Positions 1 to 9,872 are shown, counted from the stretch's first letter. The stretch: 64,000 nt of DNA from Candidatus Doudnabacteria bacterium (GCA_041644975.1 JBAZQX010000004.1:9189-73188), one strand, 5' to 3'. Translations and numbers: made by a program. The notes: generated by a model not told the origin, from the letters alone.

Positions 1-526
1 ATCCTTTTTCTTTTAAATAATGCCTTAGAGAAATATCTTGAGTATTGCCCTGTTGGGGCGAAGCAATCTTTTTCCCCTCCAAAGCTTTAAGGCCTTCCTT
101 CTTATATAAAGAAGCTAATTCTGGTTGGACGACTAAAGAAGCGCCACCCGAGGTCGCACCGCTAATAATCTTTAAAGCTTCACCGTTTGATTTAATATAA
201 CCGTTGATGGCCGGGCTGGGACCAATGTAGCCGATATCAATCTGCCCGGCGAACAAGGCTTCAATTTCTGAAGGCCCAGCATTAAAAGTCTCTGTTTTAA
301 TAGTAATATTATCACCTAAAAATTTCTGGAATGTCTCCTGGGCCATGCCGACTAAAGCCTGCGAATGCGTAATATTGGGAAAATAACCCACTCTAATCGT
401 CTGTTTATTTATTACCTCCTGAGGATTGGCAGTTTGCTCTTTTTTATGTTGATATCTTACAATAAAAAAAACTGATAAACTAAAAATTAAGACAAAAACC
501 AAGATGAAAAAAAGAATCTTACGCAT
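1..526 (-). CDS. ABC transporter substrate-binding protein, SsuA/TauA/NrtA-like (partial, runs off window)
   Basis: Manual translation from ATG at 526: N-terminal hydrophobic anchor, then IRVGYFPNITHSQALVG..FNAGPSEIEALFAGQIDIGYIGPSPAING..KIASPQQGNTQD, typical of the sulfonate/nitrate SBP family. Confidence 0.85.
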   Translation of the reverse strand, partial: MRKILFFILVFVLIFSLSVFFIVRYQHKKEQTANPQEVINKQTIRVGYFPNITHSQALVGMAQETFQKFLGDNITIKTETFNAGPSEIEALFAGQIDIGYIGPSPAINGYIKSNGEALKIISGATSGGASLVVQPELASLYKKEGLKALEGKKIASPQQGNTQDISLRHYLKEKG

Positions 527-560
527 AGTATTTAAAAAAATTAAAATTAATAATATAATT

Positions 561-962
561 TTAAATTAAATCGTCTAACGTTAAATTTTCTAATTTATCA
601 GCAATATAATCTCTGATTTCCCGCAAAACTTTTATAATTTTTTTTTCTTGGCTTAAGGGTGTTTTAGAAAAAAAATAATGACTAACTGATTCGGTCGGTG
701 CCAAAGCGCCATCCATCAACCTAATAATTTCAGCTACGGTGATCCGGTTGGCTTTCCTGGCTAGTTGATATCCTCCACTTGTACCTCGCTTAGTTTTTAT
801 ATAGCGGCTGTTTTTCAGAATATATAATAACTGCTCCAAATATTTCTTGGATAAATCGTATTCTTTGCAGATATCTTCTATCTTGATAAAACCGTTTTTT
901 TCGCGACGGGCTATATAGATTAAGGCCAATAAGGAATATTCGCTTTTAGTGGTTAATCTCAT
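561..962 (-). CDS. Rrf2 family transcriptional regulator (CymR-like)
   Basis: MRLTTKSEYSLLAL..KKYLEQLL..KRGTSGGYQLA..ITVAEIIRLMDG; no Fe-S Cys triad; likely start is ATG 962 rather than 1022. Confidence 0.9.
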   Translation of the reverse strand: MRLTTKSEYSLLALIYIARREKNGFIKIEDICKEYDLSKKYLEQLLYILKNSRYIKTKRGTSGGYQLARKANRITVAEIIRLMDGALAPTESVSHYFFSKTPLSQEKKIIKVLREIRDYIADKLENLTLDDLI

Positions 963-1101
963 ATTTTTGTTTATATCTACTTTGTCTATAAACATAGTAT
1001 ACTTTGTTATTTTATTCGTCAAGGGGGGGGAAGCCTGTGGATAAATAAAAAAGACGGTTTGTCAAAAAACCGCCTTTTTTATTGCCTATTTTTACATTAA
1101 T

Positions 1102-1302
1102 TTATATTAACTTCTTTCTCTCTAAATAAGTTAAAATTTCGTTAACACTTTCATTAATGGACATTTTGTCAGTTTTTAAATGGATAGCTGGTTTTTGTGG
1201 CTCTTCATAATGATGAGCAACTCCAGTAAAATCTTTGATTTTGCCTTCTCCAGCCTTTCTATACAAAAGGCGAATGGGGTCAGGTCTTGAATTGTGAATC
1301 AC
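1102..1302 (-). pseudogene. cysC: C-terminal fragment of adenylyl-sulfate kinase
   Basis: LYRKAGEGKIKDFTGVAHHYEEPQKP matches the CysC C-terminal motif LYxKAxxGxIxxFTGxxxxYExP; P-loop half is missing and similarity stops at the repeat at 1276-1290. Confidence 0.8.
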
Positions 1303-1561
1303 ATTTCTCCACTCTTTAAACGCTTACTTAGAACTTAAAGCGTTTATGGAGTAAGCAGTAACTGGCTCCACATCGTGGACAATAGCCTGCCCTCAAGCGA
1401 GTATATTTACATTCCGGATTTAAGTCCACGGGCTTAATTTATCATATTTTACCCCACCCTGCCACGTCGCTCGCCCTGTCGCTCAAGAGCGACGGGGCTC
1501 GCGAGCGACGTGGTCTACTACTCACGGAAATAAAAAAGGTCAAGTCTCAAGACCTGACCCC
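1276..1561. repeat. 15-bp inverted repeat pair GGGGTCAGGTCTTGA (1276-1290) / TCAAGACCTGACCCC (1547-1561); third copy at 8343-8357
   Basis: Exact matches read from the sequence; about 1524-1570 and 8320-8367 share roughly 45 nt. Confidence 0.8.
1363..1437 (+). other. Orphan serine-recombinase C-terminal tail / att half-site remnant (WLHIVDN..EYIYIPDLSPRA*)
   Basis: Homologous at DNA and peptide level to the copies at 7224, 9465 and 9758. Confidence 0.7.
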
Positions 1562-1618
1562 AAATTTCCCAATTTCCGTGTCGCAAAATTATTATATTAT
1601 TTATAAAAATTTGGGCAA

Positions 1619-1699
1619 ACCCCATTAGAAACTTCACCACAGCATAATTTATCAAAACGCGTTTTTGGCGAAATCTGTAAAGGATGGTTTCTAACGGGG
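1619..1699. repeat. CCCC(A/G)TTAGA...TCTAACGGGG MITE/REP-like element
   Basis: Terminal inverted repeats; related copies near 23810, 26971, 36194, 40078 and 61846. Confidence 0.75.
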
Positions 1700-1708
1700 C
1701 AAATCCCG

Positions 1709-2014
1709 TTAAACATCTTCTGGAATCGGCGGCGGTTGATTGGCTGGACTAACAGTGGGATACCGCCAAGCGCTGATCAGCCGCAGCTTGGCGCCGTGCT
1801 TCTGATACATCAGCCAAATTTCCGTAGGATGTTTTTTGCTGCCAGCGCGCTGCATTAAAGCCACAGTTTTTGGCGCCACGCCTTCTTCAATGCGATTGGG
1901 ATTTCGCAAAACTTTTTTCAGCCGATTTTCCGACAAACCATAAAAACGCATTTTTTCTTGACAATGCAATGTCCAAATAAACTTTTCACTTAATTTTGAT
2001 TTAATAATATTCAC
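1709..2014 (-). CDS. Hypothetical protein, DUF4258/RelE-like fold possible
   Basis: WTLHCQEKMRFYGLSE..RIEEG..EIWLMYQ..LISAWRYP pattern. Confidence 0.55.
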   Translation of the reverse strand: MNIIKSKLSEKFIWTLHCQEKMRFYGLSENRLKKVLRNPNRIEEGVAPKTVALMQRAGSKKHPTEIWLMYQKHGAKLRLISAWRYPTVSPANQPPPIPEDV

Positions 2015-2296
2015 CTTAGCAATTTAGCACCAAAAAATTTTAACCGCAATAAAAAACAACAGAAAAATTCCTGCTGCTTTATTTTTATTAACTAAATTTT
2101 TATTTAATGCTTGTCTCAAAAGAATCTAAAAGCGCTAAGGCTTCTGGCGCAGAAAATTTTGCTTTAGTAACCTTATTTTTGTTCGGATCAATCCCCGCAA
2201 CCATTGACAGATTAAAAAAAGTTGTTGGCTCCATAGTCCGAAGCGTTAGCGAGGCGAGCAGGGGGAGTGTAATTGGGGCTTGGGCATAATGGTCTT

Positions 2297-4087
2297 TTAT
2301 CTCTTCCTTTTATCACGGACGCGGTCGATTTCGGTCAATATTTTTTTCCTTAGGCGGACGGATTGAGGAGTGATTTCCAAATATTCATCATTGTTCACAA
2401 TTTCTAATCCTCTCTCAATGGTTAATTGAAGGGGTGGAGTTAGAATAAGCGCTTCCTCGGCGCCTTTGGAGCGCACATTAGTCAAATGTTTGCCTTTAGT
2501 GGGATTAACCGCCATCTCATCGCCTTTGGCTGTGTTGCCGATAATCATGCCCGCGTAAACTTCAGTGCCCGCGTTAATATAAAGAGCGCCGCGCTCTTGC
2601 AAATTATACAAAGCATAAGCGACAGCGGTACCGCGGGCCATAGAAACCATTGAGCCGACTTTTTTCTTTTTAATATTACCAACAAATAGTTTAAAACCGA
2701 TTACCTGACTATAAAGAATGCCTTCGCCCTTTGTATCAATCATGAAGTCGCCGCGATAACCCAATAATCCTCGAGTGGGAATTTCAAAAATAATGCGGGT
2801 ATAATTTTTTTCTTGGATTAGACTAGTCATTATCCCCTTTCTTCGGGATAATTTCTCAATTACCGTGCCCATAGCAAAATTCGGCACGCTAAGAGTTAAC
2901 TCTTCAAACGGTTCAAGCTTCACCCTATTTTCTTCTTTTATAATGACCTGGGGCTCGCTAACCTGAAGCTCGTGGCCTTCGCGCCGCATATTTTCTAATA
3001 AAATCGCGACATGCAATTCACCGCGGCCATATACTTTAAAATAATCTCCGGGCGAAAAATCAATTTTGAGACCTACATTCACTTCCAGTTCTCTTTCTAA
3101 TCTTTCCCGAATTTGGCGGCTGGTTACTTTGGCGCCCTCTTTGCCCACAAAGGGTGAATTGTTAACTGAAAAATTTAGAGAGATTGTCGGTTCATCAATA
3201 TTAATCGCGGGAAGAGCTTCCTCGTCGGGATCATTACAGACCGTTTCGCCGATATCAATATCAGGAAGACCGGCGAGCATCACAATATCGCCGGCAGAGG
3301 CTTCCGCCACTTCTTTCCTTTCCAAGCCTTGAAAGGTAAAGACTTTAGCAATTTTGCCCGGACGCGCCGCGCTGCCTCCCTTTTTAACATAAACTTTATC
3401 GCCCGCGTGAATAGTGCCTTCATAGACGCGGCAAATCGCCAATCGTCCCATAAAATTATCATAAGCAAGATTAAAAGGCTGGACTTTCAACTTCTTCCCG
3501 CTTAATCCTTCCTTGGAAGCGATCGGGACCTCCTTTAAGATAAGGTCAAGAAGCGGGGTTAAATCTTTGGATTCATCGCTTAGGTTTTTTTTAGCAATGC
3601 CTTCTCTGGCAATCGCGTAGACTAAGGGGAATTCAATTTGTTCTTCATTGGCGCCAAGATCAATAAAAAGTTCAATTAATTTATCATGCACCCAGGCTGA
3701 CCGCGCCGCTTCTTTGTCTATTTTATTAATCACTACGATCGGCTTTAATCCGAGCTCTAAAGATTTTTTAAGAACGAATTTGGTTTGGGGCATAGGACCC
3801 TCCTGCGCGTCCACGACTAGAATGACGGAATCTATGGAACGCAAAACGCGCTCCACCTCGGAACCAAAATCGACATGGCCTGGAGTATCCACGATGTTAA
3901 TTTTAGTTCCCTTGTAAAAAATGGAGGTATTTTTGGAGTAAATTGTAATGCCGCGCTCTTTTTCAAGATCATTGGAGTCCATACTAAATCCTTCTTCCAC
4001 CACACCGGTTTGACGCATTAGGGCATCGGTAAGGCTGGTTTTACCATGATCAACATGGGCAATAATGGCGATATTTCTAATTTCCAT
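2297..4087 (-). CDS. typA: Translational GTPase TypA/BipA
   Basis: NIAIIAHVDHGKT, ERGITI, DTPGH, NKID, GRGELH, EITPQSVRLRK. Confidence 0.97.
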   Translation of the reverse strand: MEIRNIAIIAHVDHGKTSLTDALMRQTGVVEEGFSMDSNDLEKERGITIYSKNTSIFYKGTKINIVDTPGHVDFGSEVERVLRSIDSVILVVDAQEGPMPQTKFVLKKSLELGLKPIVVINKIDKEAARSAWVHDKLIELFIDLGANEEQIEFPLVYAIAREGIAKKNLSDESKDLTPLLDLILKEVPIASKEGLSGKKLKVQPFNLAYDNFMGRLAICRVYEGTIHAGDKVYVKKGGSAARPGKIAKVFTFQGLERKEVAEASAGDIVMLAGLPDIDIGETVCNDPDEEALPAINIDEPTISLNFSVNNSPFVGKEGAKVTSRQIRERLERELEVNVGLKIDFSPGDYFKVYGRGELHVAILLENMRREGHELQVSEPQVIIKEENRVKLEPFEELTLSVPNFAMGTVIEKLSRRKGIMTSLIQEKNYTRIIFEIPTRGLLGYRGDFMIDTKGEGILYSQVIGFKLFVGNIKKKKVGSMVSMARGTAVAYALYNLQERGALYINAGTEVYAGMIIGNTAKGDEMAVNPTKGKHLTNVRSKGAEEALILTPPLQLTIERGLEIVNNDEYLEITPQSVRLRKKILTEIDRVRDKRKR

Positions 4088-4357
4088 AAAAAAATTTAAT
4101 AAAGTTTTTGATAAAAAAACCCCGCTTACAAAAGAAGGGGGGAATTTTTCCGTTCCATCCTCGCTTTCTTTACTTAGATTATACTATATTTTTGTAAAAT
4201 GACAATAGCGACAAAAAAAATTAACTTTACTTGCCAAATTTACGCCTTCGTGCTATTATACACAGCTCTTGAATCCCCTACCGCAAACGGCGGAGTGTAA
4301 AAATTCAATAGACAACTGCATACTAGGAACTGTAAATCTATAAAGGAGGTAAGGAAG

Positions 4358-4951
4358 ATGTCCAGAGGGCTATATTATATCCCAATGTTACTGTTACATA
4401 CGGAAGAAGAGCTGGGCGAGCTAAAAGAAACCTTAACAGAAGCGCACAAGAGTTTGTTTGGCGCCCAACAAACAGAGGTGTTATTCAAAGAGATAAAAGA
4501 ATACTGGGGATTGGTGGCAGAGAGAATTGAAAAAGTCGCGCTTTATAAAAGAGAAACTGCCTCTCCCCTGCACATTTTTGTAGACAGCTTACCCAATGGC
4601 ACAGAAGATCTGATCCAGAAAACAGTATAGAGCTTAATCGCTTCAGGGGAAATCCCTGCCTACCAGATTATTGCCAAACTGCAAGCAGCCGGCGCAAAAG
4701 TGCACGGCACAGAAAATCTTGAGTGACTCATTAAAGAGGTCAACTATTGGAAAGCTGTGGTCGGGCGCGAGCGACAAAGGAACCCCCAAGAGGAAAAAGA
4801 GCTCCTTGAAAATCGCGATAAGGCGATAATTGACCGAATCAACGAAGTAGTGCCCCAAGAAGAAATAGGTATTATTTTCATCGGCAGAATGCACAATGTG
4901 GTAAAACCGCTAACCCAACCGCCCTACAACTTTGAAATAATCTATCTATGA
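4358..4951 (+). pseudogene. Single ~197-codon frame interrupted by in-frame TAG (4628-4630) and TGA (4724-4726)
   Basis: ORFs 4358..4630 and 4757..4951 are in the same frame and the intervening sequence reads as protein (SLIASGEIPAYQIIAKLQAAGAKVHGTENLE); strong SD upstream; C-terminal GIIFIGRMH. Confidence 0.7.
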
Positions 4952-4957
4952 AAGAAG

Positions 4958-5503
4958 GTGAAAAGTATGCCGCGAGGCAAAGCAAGATGCGGGAAGTGTG
5001 GGTTCTTGGTAATTGCTGAAGTGGAGCAAATTATTGAATGCCCAGGTTGCGGCAGAAAATTCTATATACCTAATGAACCGCGATACACAAATCCTTTAAA
5101 TTCTTTAAGAAGCCACTCCATTGCTCGGTTAAGTTTGGGTCTTGGTTTGGGGCCTCTCTGGAATATAGAAGATTCAAGGCGCTTTACAGACGCACCTGAA
5201 AAAAAATGGGAGATACACCCAGAAGCAAGGCGCAAGGATTTGCGGATAAAGCTGCTGCCTTTCCCAGCAAGAAACGACCCCGAACTGATGCTAGAACATG
5301 GCTGGTTGAGGGTTATTGTAGAATTCTATGGTCACGATGAGGTTGAGAAGATTGGAGTGGCTGTAAGAAAAAGTGAGCTCATCCTTCAGAGCCACCTGTC
5401 TCTTTGCCCTTACCGCAACACAATTGCCTTGCCCGAGGGCTTTGGAACAATATCCGAAGCCACCTTGAGAAACGGCATACTAGAGGTGAGATTAAAAGAA
5501 TAA
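4958..5503 (+). CDS. Zn-ribbon N-terminus plus Hsp20/alpha-crystallin-like C-terminus
   Basis: CxxC..CxxC at the N-terminus; ATLRNGILEVRL at the C-terminus. Confidence 0.55.
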   Translation: MKSMPRGKARCGKCGFLVIAEVEQIIECPGCGRKFYIPNEPRYTNPLNSLRSHSIARLSLGLGLGPLWNIEDSRRFTDAPEKKWEIHPEARRKDLRIKLLPFPARNDPELMLEHGWLRVIVEFYGHDEVEKIGVAVRKSELILQSHLSLCPYRNTIALPEGFGTISEATLRNGILEVRLKE

Positions 5504-5597
5504 TCTCCCTACTATTAACCGTTTAAGGATGTCATTCGCGAATGACATCCTTAAAGATATCCTTGTGATATCTTTTTTTATTTAGTCAGAATAAGAA

Positions 5598-5678
5598 TCT
5601 TCGTTGGTTCAATTCTCTGAATTGAACCATTAGTTTATGCAGAATTATCTGGTTCAGGTCAGGAGACCTGAATCAACA
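5598..5678. repeat. REP-like hairpins GGTTCA..TGAA(C/T)C; 52-nt block repeated at 8802-8854, related hairpin at 41180-41203
   Basis: Near-identical copies read directly. Confidence 0.7.
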
Positions 5679-5711
5679 AAGCGCATAATAGTAGACTTAG
5701 GAAAAATGAGG

Positions 5712-5963
5712 TCAACTCTGATTTTTTATTAAATTAAGTTTATTTTCTCGCCGCCAGCCCTTAATCTCGGCTTCTCTTTGTCTTGCCTCTCTTAGTGTTT
5801 TATATTCCTCCGAATACTTTAAAACAACCGGCCTACGAATTTTAGTATAATGGGCGCCATATTTTGATTGATTATGTTCTTGCAATCTCTTTTTTAGATT
5901 ATTTGTACAACCAACATATAAAGAATTATCGACGCATTCAAGAATGTAAGTATAATATAACAT
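5712..5963 (-). CDS. GIY-YIG nuclease family protein (UPF0213-like)
   Basis: YTYILECVDNSLYVGCTNNLKKRLQEH..GAHYT..ARQREAEIK. Confidence 0.9.
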   Translation of the reverse strand: MLYYTYILECVDNSLYVGCTNNLKKRLQEHNQSKYGAHYTKIRRPVVLKYSEEYKTLREARQREAEIKGWRRENKLNLIKNQS

Positions 5964-6051
5964 TTTTATCTACTCGCTTTGTAACTTCCTCACTTCGTCG
6001 TCCTTCGTCGCTTCACTCCTCGGAGTTCCTCAGTGTCTCACTTTGCTCGAG

Positions 6052-6099
6052 CTGGGCATAAGGTACAATCTTCGAACTTTTTTTATGCTCAATGAATGA
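6052..6099 (+). other. att half-site / alternative recombinase tail remnant (LGIRYNLRTFFMLNE*)
   Basis: Starts with the GCTGGG core shared with the tRNA-Gln 3' end; TTCGAAC at the same offset as TTAGAAC/TTATAAC in the other copies. Confidence 0.6.
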
Positions 6100-6254
6100 A
6101 AAAATGAGTTTGTGGAGAGGAAAAAGGTTAGGGTTCGGAAAATTTATGCCTCAGTTGTTTCCTTGAACAACTTCAAATAATTGGCTTGATGGGGGGTGAA
6201 ATTATTGGATTAGAAACATTGTCTTGCTAGTCGAGAAATGAGAATTAGGGAAGC

Positions 6255-7016
6255 TTAATCAATAAATCTGAAGGTATCTAACATCTGATGTGAAATTTTA
6301 TTATTTTTTATGGGTTCGGAGTAATTAGTATTTTCTTTTGCCACAGGAAATTCAAAGCTATACATTTTATCACTATTGGCTAAAAAAATTATTTCTTCTG
6401 ATCCCTCAATAACAAATACTCCGTCAAGCGCTACGGCTTGGATCTCGTTGACTTTAATCTGTTTAATCGTATCATAGTAATAGGGATTAGGAGCTCTGCC
6501 TGCTTTATATTCATTTTCTGCTTCTTGGATTAACTTATTGACATATTCAATTGAATTAAGGTTTTTTGGATTTTCCTCAATAAATAATGTCACTTCATAC
6601 CAAGCGGTTTCCTCAGAATTTGAAGGTGCGTGCCATATTATGAAAGGCGTTCCCTTACCTACGAGTTCGGGATGTAATCCGTGTTCTAAGATTTCCCAAT
6701 TGGGAGGATATTGAATTTCAAATCCATACTCTTTATTTTTATATATATTCCACTCTGTTTTTGGATTAACTGAAATTACTCCAATTAGTTCTTTTTTTGG
6801 TAAACTATATGGTTCTTGTTGTTTTTCTGAAGGCTCAAATTCGTCGTATGATGAACTTATGGGATGAATTACAATGGGTTCTTGTGAATTGAAATTAATC
6901 CCCTTTCCTCTGAAAATTTGCAGACTACTATACGATATTATCAAAACAAAAAAAGCACCTAAAACGATAAGGATAATTTTAAGAGTGATATCTTTGGAGA
7001 AAATTGACTTATTCAT
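6255..7016 (-). CDS. Membrane-anchored protein, PsbP-related domain
   Basis: N-terminal TM; WNIYKNKEYGFEIQYPPNW and QMLDTFRF motifs common in CPR PsbP-like surface proteins. Confidence 0.65.
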   Translation of the reverse strand: MNKSIFSKDITLKIILIVLGAFFVLIISYSSLQIFRGKGINFNSQEPIVIHPISSSYDEFEPSEKQQEPYSLPKKELIGVISVNPKTEWNIYKNKEYGFEIQYPPNWEILEHGLHPELVGKGTPFIIWHAPSNSEETAWYEVTLFIEENPKNLNSIEYVNKLIQEAENEYKAGRAPNPYYYDTIKQIKVNEIQAVALDGVFVIEGSEEIIFLANSDKMYSFEFPVAKENTNYSEPIKNNKISHQMLDTFRFID

Positions 7017-7223
7017 GTTTTGATAATTATATTACCAAAAAATACAGAAATTGTCAACTTTTTAGATTTGATTTTTGCCTTCGAACCAAACATTTAGGCT
7101 AATCTAAGGATTTTTCAGGAAAACCGTACGGTCTGGGTATCAGGAGGAGTAAAATCTTCGAACCACCAATTTTGGCTTGTTTGAGAGAAAAAACGAGCAT
7201 AAAAAAACACCCGTTTGTCTGGG

Positions 7224-7286
7224 CTGGGCATCGTGGACAACGTTAGAACTATTATCCAGCAACAAAATGAGTATATTTACATACCT
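7224..7286 (+). other. att half-site / recombinase tail remnant (LGIVDNVRTIIQQQNEYIYIP)
   Basis: GGCTGGG core followed by the conserved tail; overlaps the stop of the PIN gene. Confidence 0.75.
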
Positions 7287-7831
7287 ACCTTATGTAACTC
7301 GTAAGCCACAATTGTAGAAAAAGATATTATAGCGACCTGCTCAAGAAAGTTTCTATATAAATCAAGTTCATCAGTTAAGATAGCATAACCTTTGTCCTTA
7401 GCTGTTGCAATAATAGAAATATCCGTAAATCCGAATTGTATGACTTGCTCTCGCTCTTTTAAAAGGGTTCTAAAATGAATATAGTTTTCTTCCCATTTCT
7501 CTATCTCTTGAATAATTCTGGGGAAATATTCATTTAATTTTTTCCCCTTGAATAGTCTTATACGAGAGAGACTGTTTACTTCTGCAAGAATTTGAGGTGT
7601 TATAACTATTCTGCCAATAAATATTTTTAAGATTTTTTCTAATAAATCAAAGTGCTCCTCGGTATAATTTTTGCCATTATCTGTCATCAATGGGCAATAT
7701 TTTAAATAGCCCTTGTCATATATACCAATTAAAAAAAGAAGTAATATATTTGTATCAAGAATTAAACACGCCTCAGGGTGTCTGAAGCGATAATAACCAA
7801 TCTTATTTATATCTGATAAGTATTTAACCAC
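7277..7831 (-). CDS. PIN domain ribonuclease
   Basis: LILDTNILL, ITPQILAEV, GFTDISI, ILTDELDL acidic tetrad. Confidence 0.85.
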   Translation of the reverse strand: MVKYLSDINKIGYYRFRHPEACLILDTNILLLFLIGIYDKGYLKYCPLMTDNGKNYTEEHFDLLEKILKIFIGRIVITPQILAEVNSLSRIRLFKGKKLNEYFPRIIQEIEKWEENYIHFRTLLKEREQVIQFGFTDISIIATAKDKGYAILTDELDLYRNFLEQVAIISFSTIVAYELHKVGM

Positions 7832-7843
7832 AGAGATTAATTT

Positions 7844-8113
7844 TTACTCCGACTCTTTTCTGCTTTTCTTGTCTTTCATAGAAACCACCTCACCTCCATC
7901 TGTAATTTCAAACTCCTTATACTCTCTCTTTTTATCAAATGGAAACTCTCCAATATTGTCGTAACTCAAAACAACCATCCATTTTTTTTTAATGCCACTC
8001 CCTACGGGCACAAATTCCTCAATTCTGACTTCAGATATCTTTTGAGTCGGTGGTGTTATATCTGCTAGATATTTATAAGCCGCAAGCACTATTTCTCTTG
8101 GTGTTTTAGACAT
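7844..8113 (-). CDS. Small protein upstream of PIN gene, candidate antitoxin/partner
   Basis: IEE..W.VVLSY..REYKEFEI..GEVVSMK; 12-nt gap to the PIN gene. Confidence 0.55.
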   Translation of the reverse strand: MSKTPREIVLAAYKYLADITPPTQKISEVRIEEFVPVGSGIKKKWMVVLSYDNIGEFPFDKKREYKEFEITDGGEVVSMKDKKSRKESE

Positions 8114-8395
8114 AGTGTAATTATATTTAATTTTTGTAAGACTTCCCACCTCAAGGTTGTGGATAAAGTAACATAGCTTATTTAGTCAATAGAAGTCAAG
8201 GGAAATGGATTTTAGAATTCTTATTTGTCTTTTTGCTTTTTATTTTTTATATTTGTCAAATATATTAGTTTATTTCATTATATCACAGTTTTACCCCACC
8301 CCGCTACTCACTATATCTTGGAAATAAAAAAAAGGTCAAGTTTCAAGACCTGACCCCAAATTTCCCCTTGATTGTTTGAATCTTTATTTTCCCTC

Positions 8396-8794
8396 TCATA
8401 TGTCTATCTGTTTCATTTTCCATTCAATACAGGCGGGAACATAAGTATCTCTGGTATGCCCATAATCATTACCATTTTGACAAAAAATATAACTATCTAT
8501 ATCAAACCAATCAACCTTTTCTTTACACATTTTTTCTCGCTGTTCAAGGAAAAAGCCTGTCAAATCAGGATTAGTTTGCATACTTTGCTTCCAATTTTCA
8601 TATACTTCATCATACTTTCTATCACACTCTTCTTGAAATTTTATTCGGTAACCTAATAATTTTTCCTTCCGTGCTCTTTCTTCTCCCAATTTTTGTTGAT
8701 TAGGCAAGAAAAATAAATAGTAATAAAAAACTGAACCAGCGATTATTAAAATGACTATAATTGCTACGATTTTGATAATTTTGTTTAAATCCAT
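8396..8794 (-). CDS. Membrane-anchored hypothetical protein with Cys pairs
   Basis: N-terminal TM ending VFYYYLFFLP, resembling ORF 12012..12362. Confidence 0.6.
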   Translation of the reverse strand: MDLNKIIKIVAIIVILIIAGSVFYYYLFFLPNQQKLGEERARKEKLLGYRIKFQEECDRKYDEVYENWKQSMQTNPDLTGFFLEQREKMCKEKVDWFDIDSYIFCQNGNDYGHTRDTYVPACIEWKMKQIDI

Positions 8795-8860
8795 AGTATT
8801 TTCTTCGTTGATTCAATTCTCCCGAATTGAACCACTAGTTTCTGCAGAATTATCAGAGAC

Positions 8861-9340
8861 TTAAGCTAACGAACTCTTTTTAAACTCCCTTTCACTATCA
8901 GTAAGTATCGCCATTATTAAATCTTTTTGATTTTGCCAAATAGTTTGGCTAATAGAAACAACTTGTTCGTTAGTTAAATTTTTAGCAACTTGCTCTGCTA
9001 ACCTATTACCTATATTTTTAACCATATCTATTAAAGCCTGTTCTCTGTCTCTTTGTGCCTTAATTCTAAAATAAGCAATTACCACAGAAAGACCCAAAAT
9101 GAAAAATCCTAACACGCCAAATAAAATCTGTTTCCGGAAATTTTGCTCATTGAAGACACCAAATACAATAACTGATCCACCTACATAGGTTATCACTCCA
9201 ATAACGCCAAATTCTCTTAAAACCTTTACCAGATTTGATTGTATTAGGTTCATAAAATCACTTATTAATTTTTTAATTAAAGGCCATAACCTTTGCAATC
9301 GGCAAGCTCCATGAAGACTAGAATTTTTATTATTAGTCAT
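8861..9340 (-). CDS. Hypothetical two-TM membrane protein
   Basis: Two hydrophobic segments then a helical C-terminus; start uncertain. Confidence 0.55.
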   Translation of the reverse strand: MTNNKNSSLHGACRLQRLWPLIKKLISDFMNLIQSNLVKVLREFGVIGVITYVGGSVIVFGVFNEQNFRKQILFGVLGFFILGLSVVIAYFRIKAQRDREQALIDMVKNIGNRLAEQVAKNLTNEQVVSISQTIWQNQKDLIMAILTDSEREFKKSSLA

Positions 9341-9464
9341 AATTTAGCCAAGCTAGAGCTTTATCTAACGGCTAAGGGAGATAGGTGCCCTGCGCCTGTG
9401 GCTACGGAGCGCTTTACTCCCACCCCCTCCATCTCCCCCTCGGGCAGGGGGAGTGTAATTGGTG

Positions 9465-9548
9465 CTGGGCATCGTGAACGATGTTATAACCATATTTCAA
9501 CGACAAACCGAGTATATTTACATACCAAATTTAAGTCTACAAGCTTAA
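9465..9548 (+). other. Candidate distal attachment junction with complete recombinase tail (LGIVNDVITIFQRQTEYIYIPNLSLQA*)
   Basis: GCTGGG core identical to 23312-23317; closest intact junction to the integrase. Confidence 0.75.
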
Positions 9549-9757
9549 AATCATTATATCAAATTTTACCCTACCCTGCTACTCACTATTGTTTTGCTCT
9601 TTGTTATTTTACCCCACCCCGCTACTCACTATATTACTAAGGGGGGTAGGGAGTGCCAGATTGAAAATCTAACGAATAAAAGAATTCTTATAGTCGCTCC
9701 GCACAGAAGTGTTTTTATCTTGAAATATATTTTAGTCCGATTTTTAAAATCTCCTCT

Positions 9758-9826
9758 AATGTTAGAACTATATTACAACGACAAAATGAGTATATTTACA
9801 TACCAGATTTAAGTCCACAAGCTTAG
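9758..9826 (+). other. Truncated recombinase tail copy (NVRTILQRQNEYIYIPDLSPQA*)
   Basis: Homologous to 9480-9548; lacks the GCTGGG core. Confidence 0.7.
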
Positions 9827-9872
9827 TTTATCAGATTTTACCCTACCCCGCTACTCACTATTTCTTAAAAAC

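Noticed and set aside
4628-4726. Genome-wide stop-codon reassignment (code 25 or similar)
   Set aside because: Core genes translate fully in code 11, and cysS and folD end in TGA while dnaX and serS end in TAG.
7224-9861. DGR template/variable repeats
   Set aside because: No reverse transcriptase in the window, and the differences between copies are not adenine-specific.
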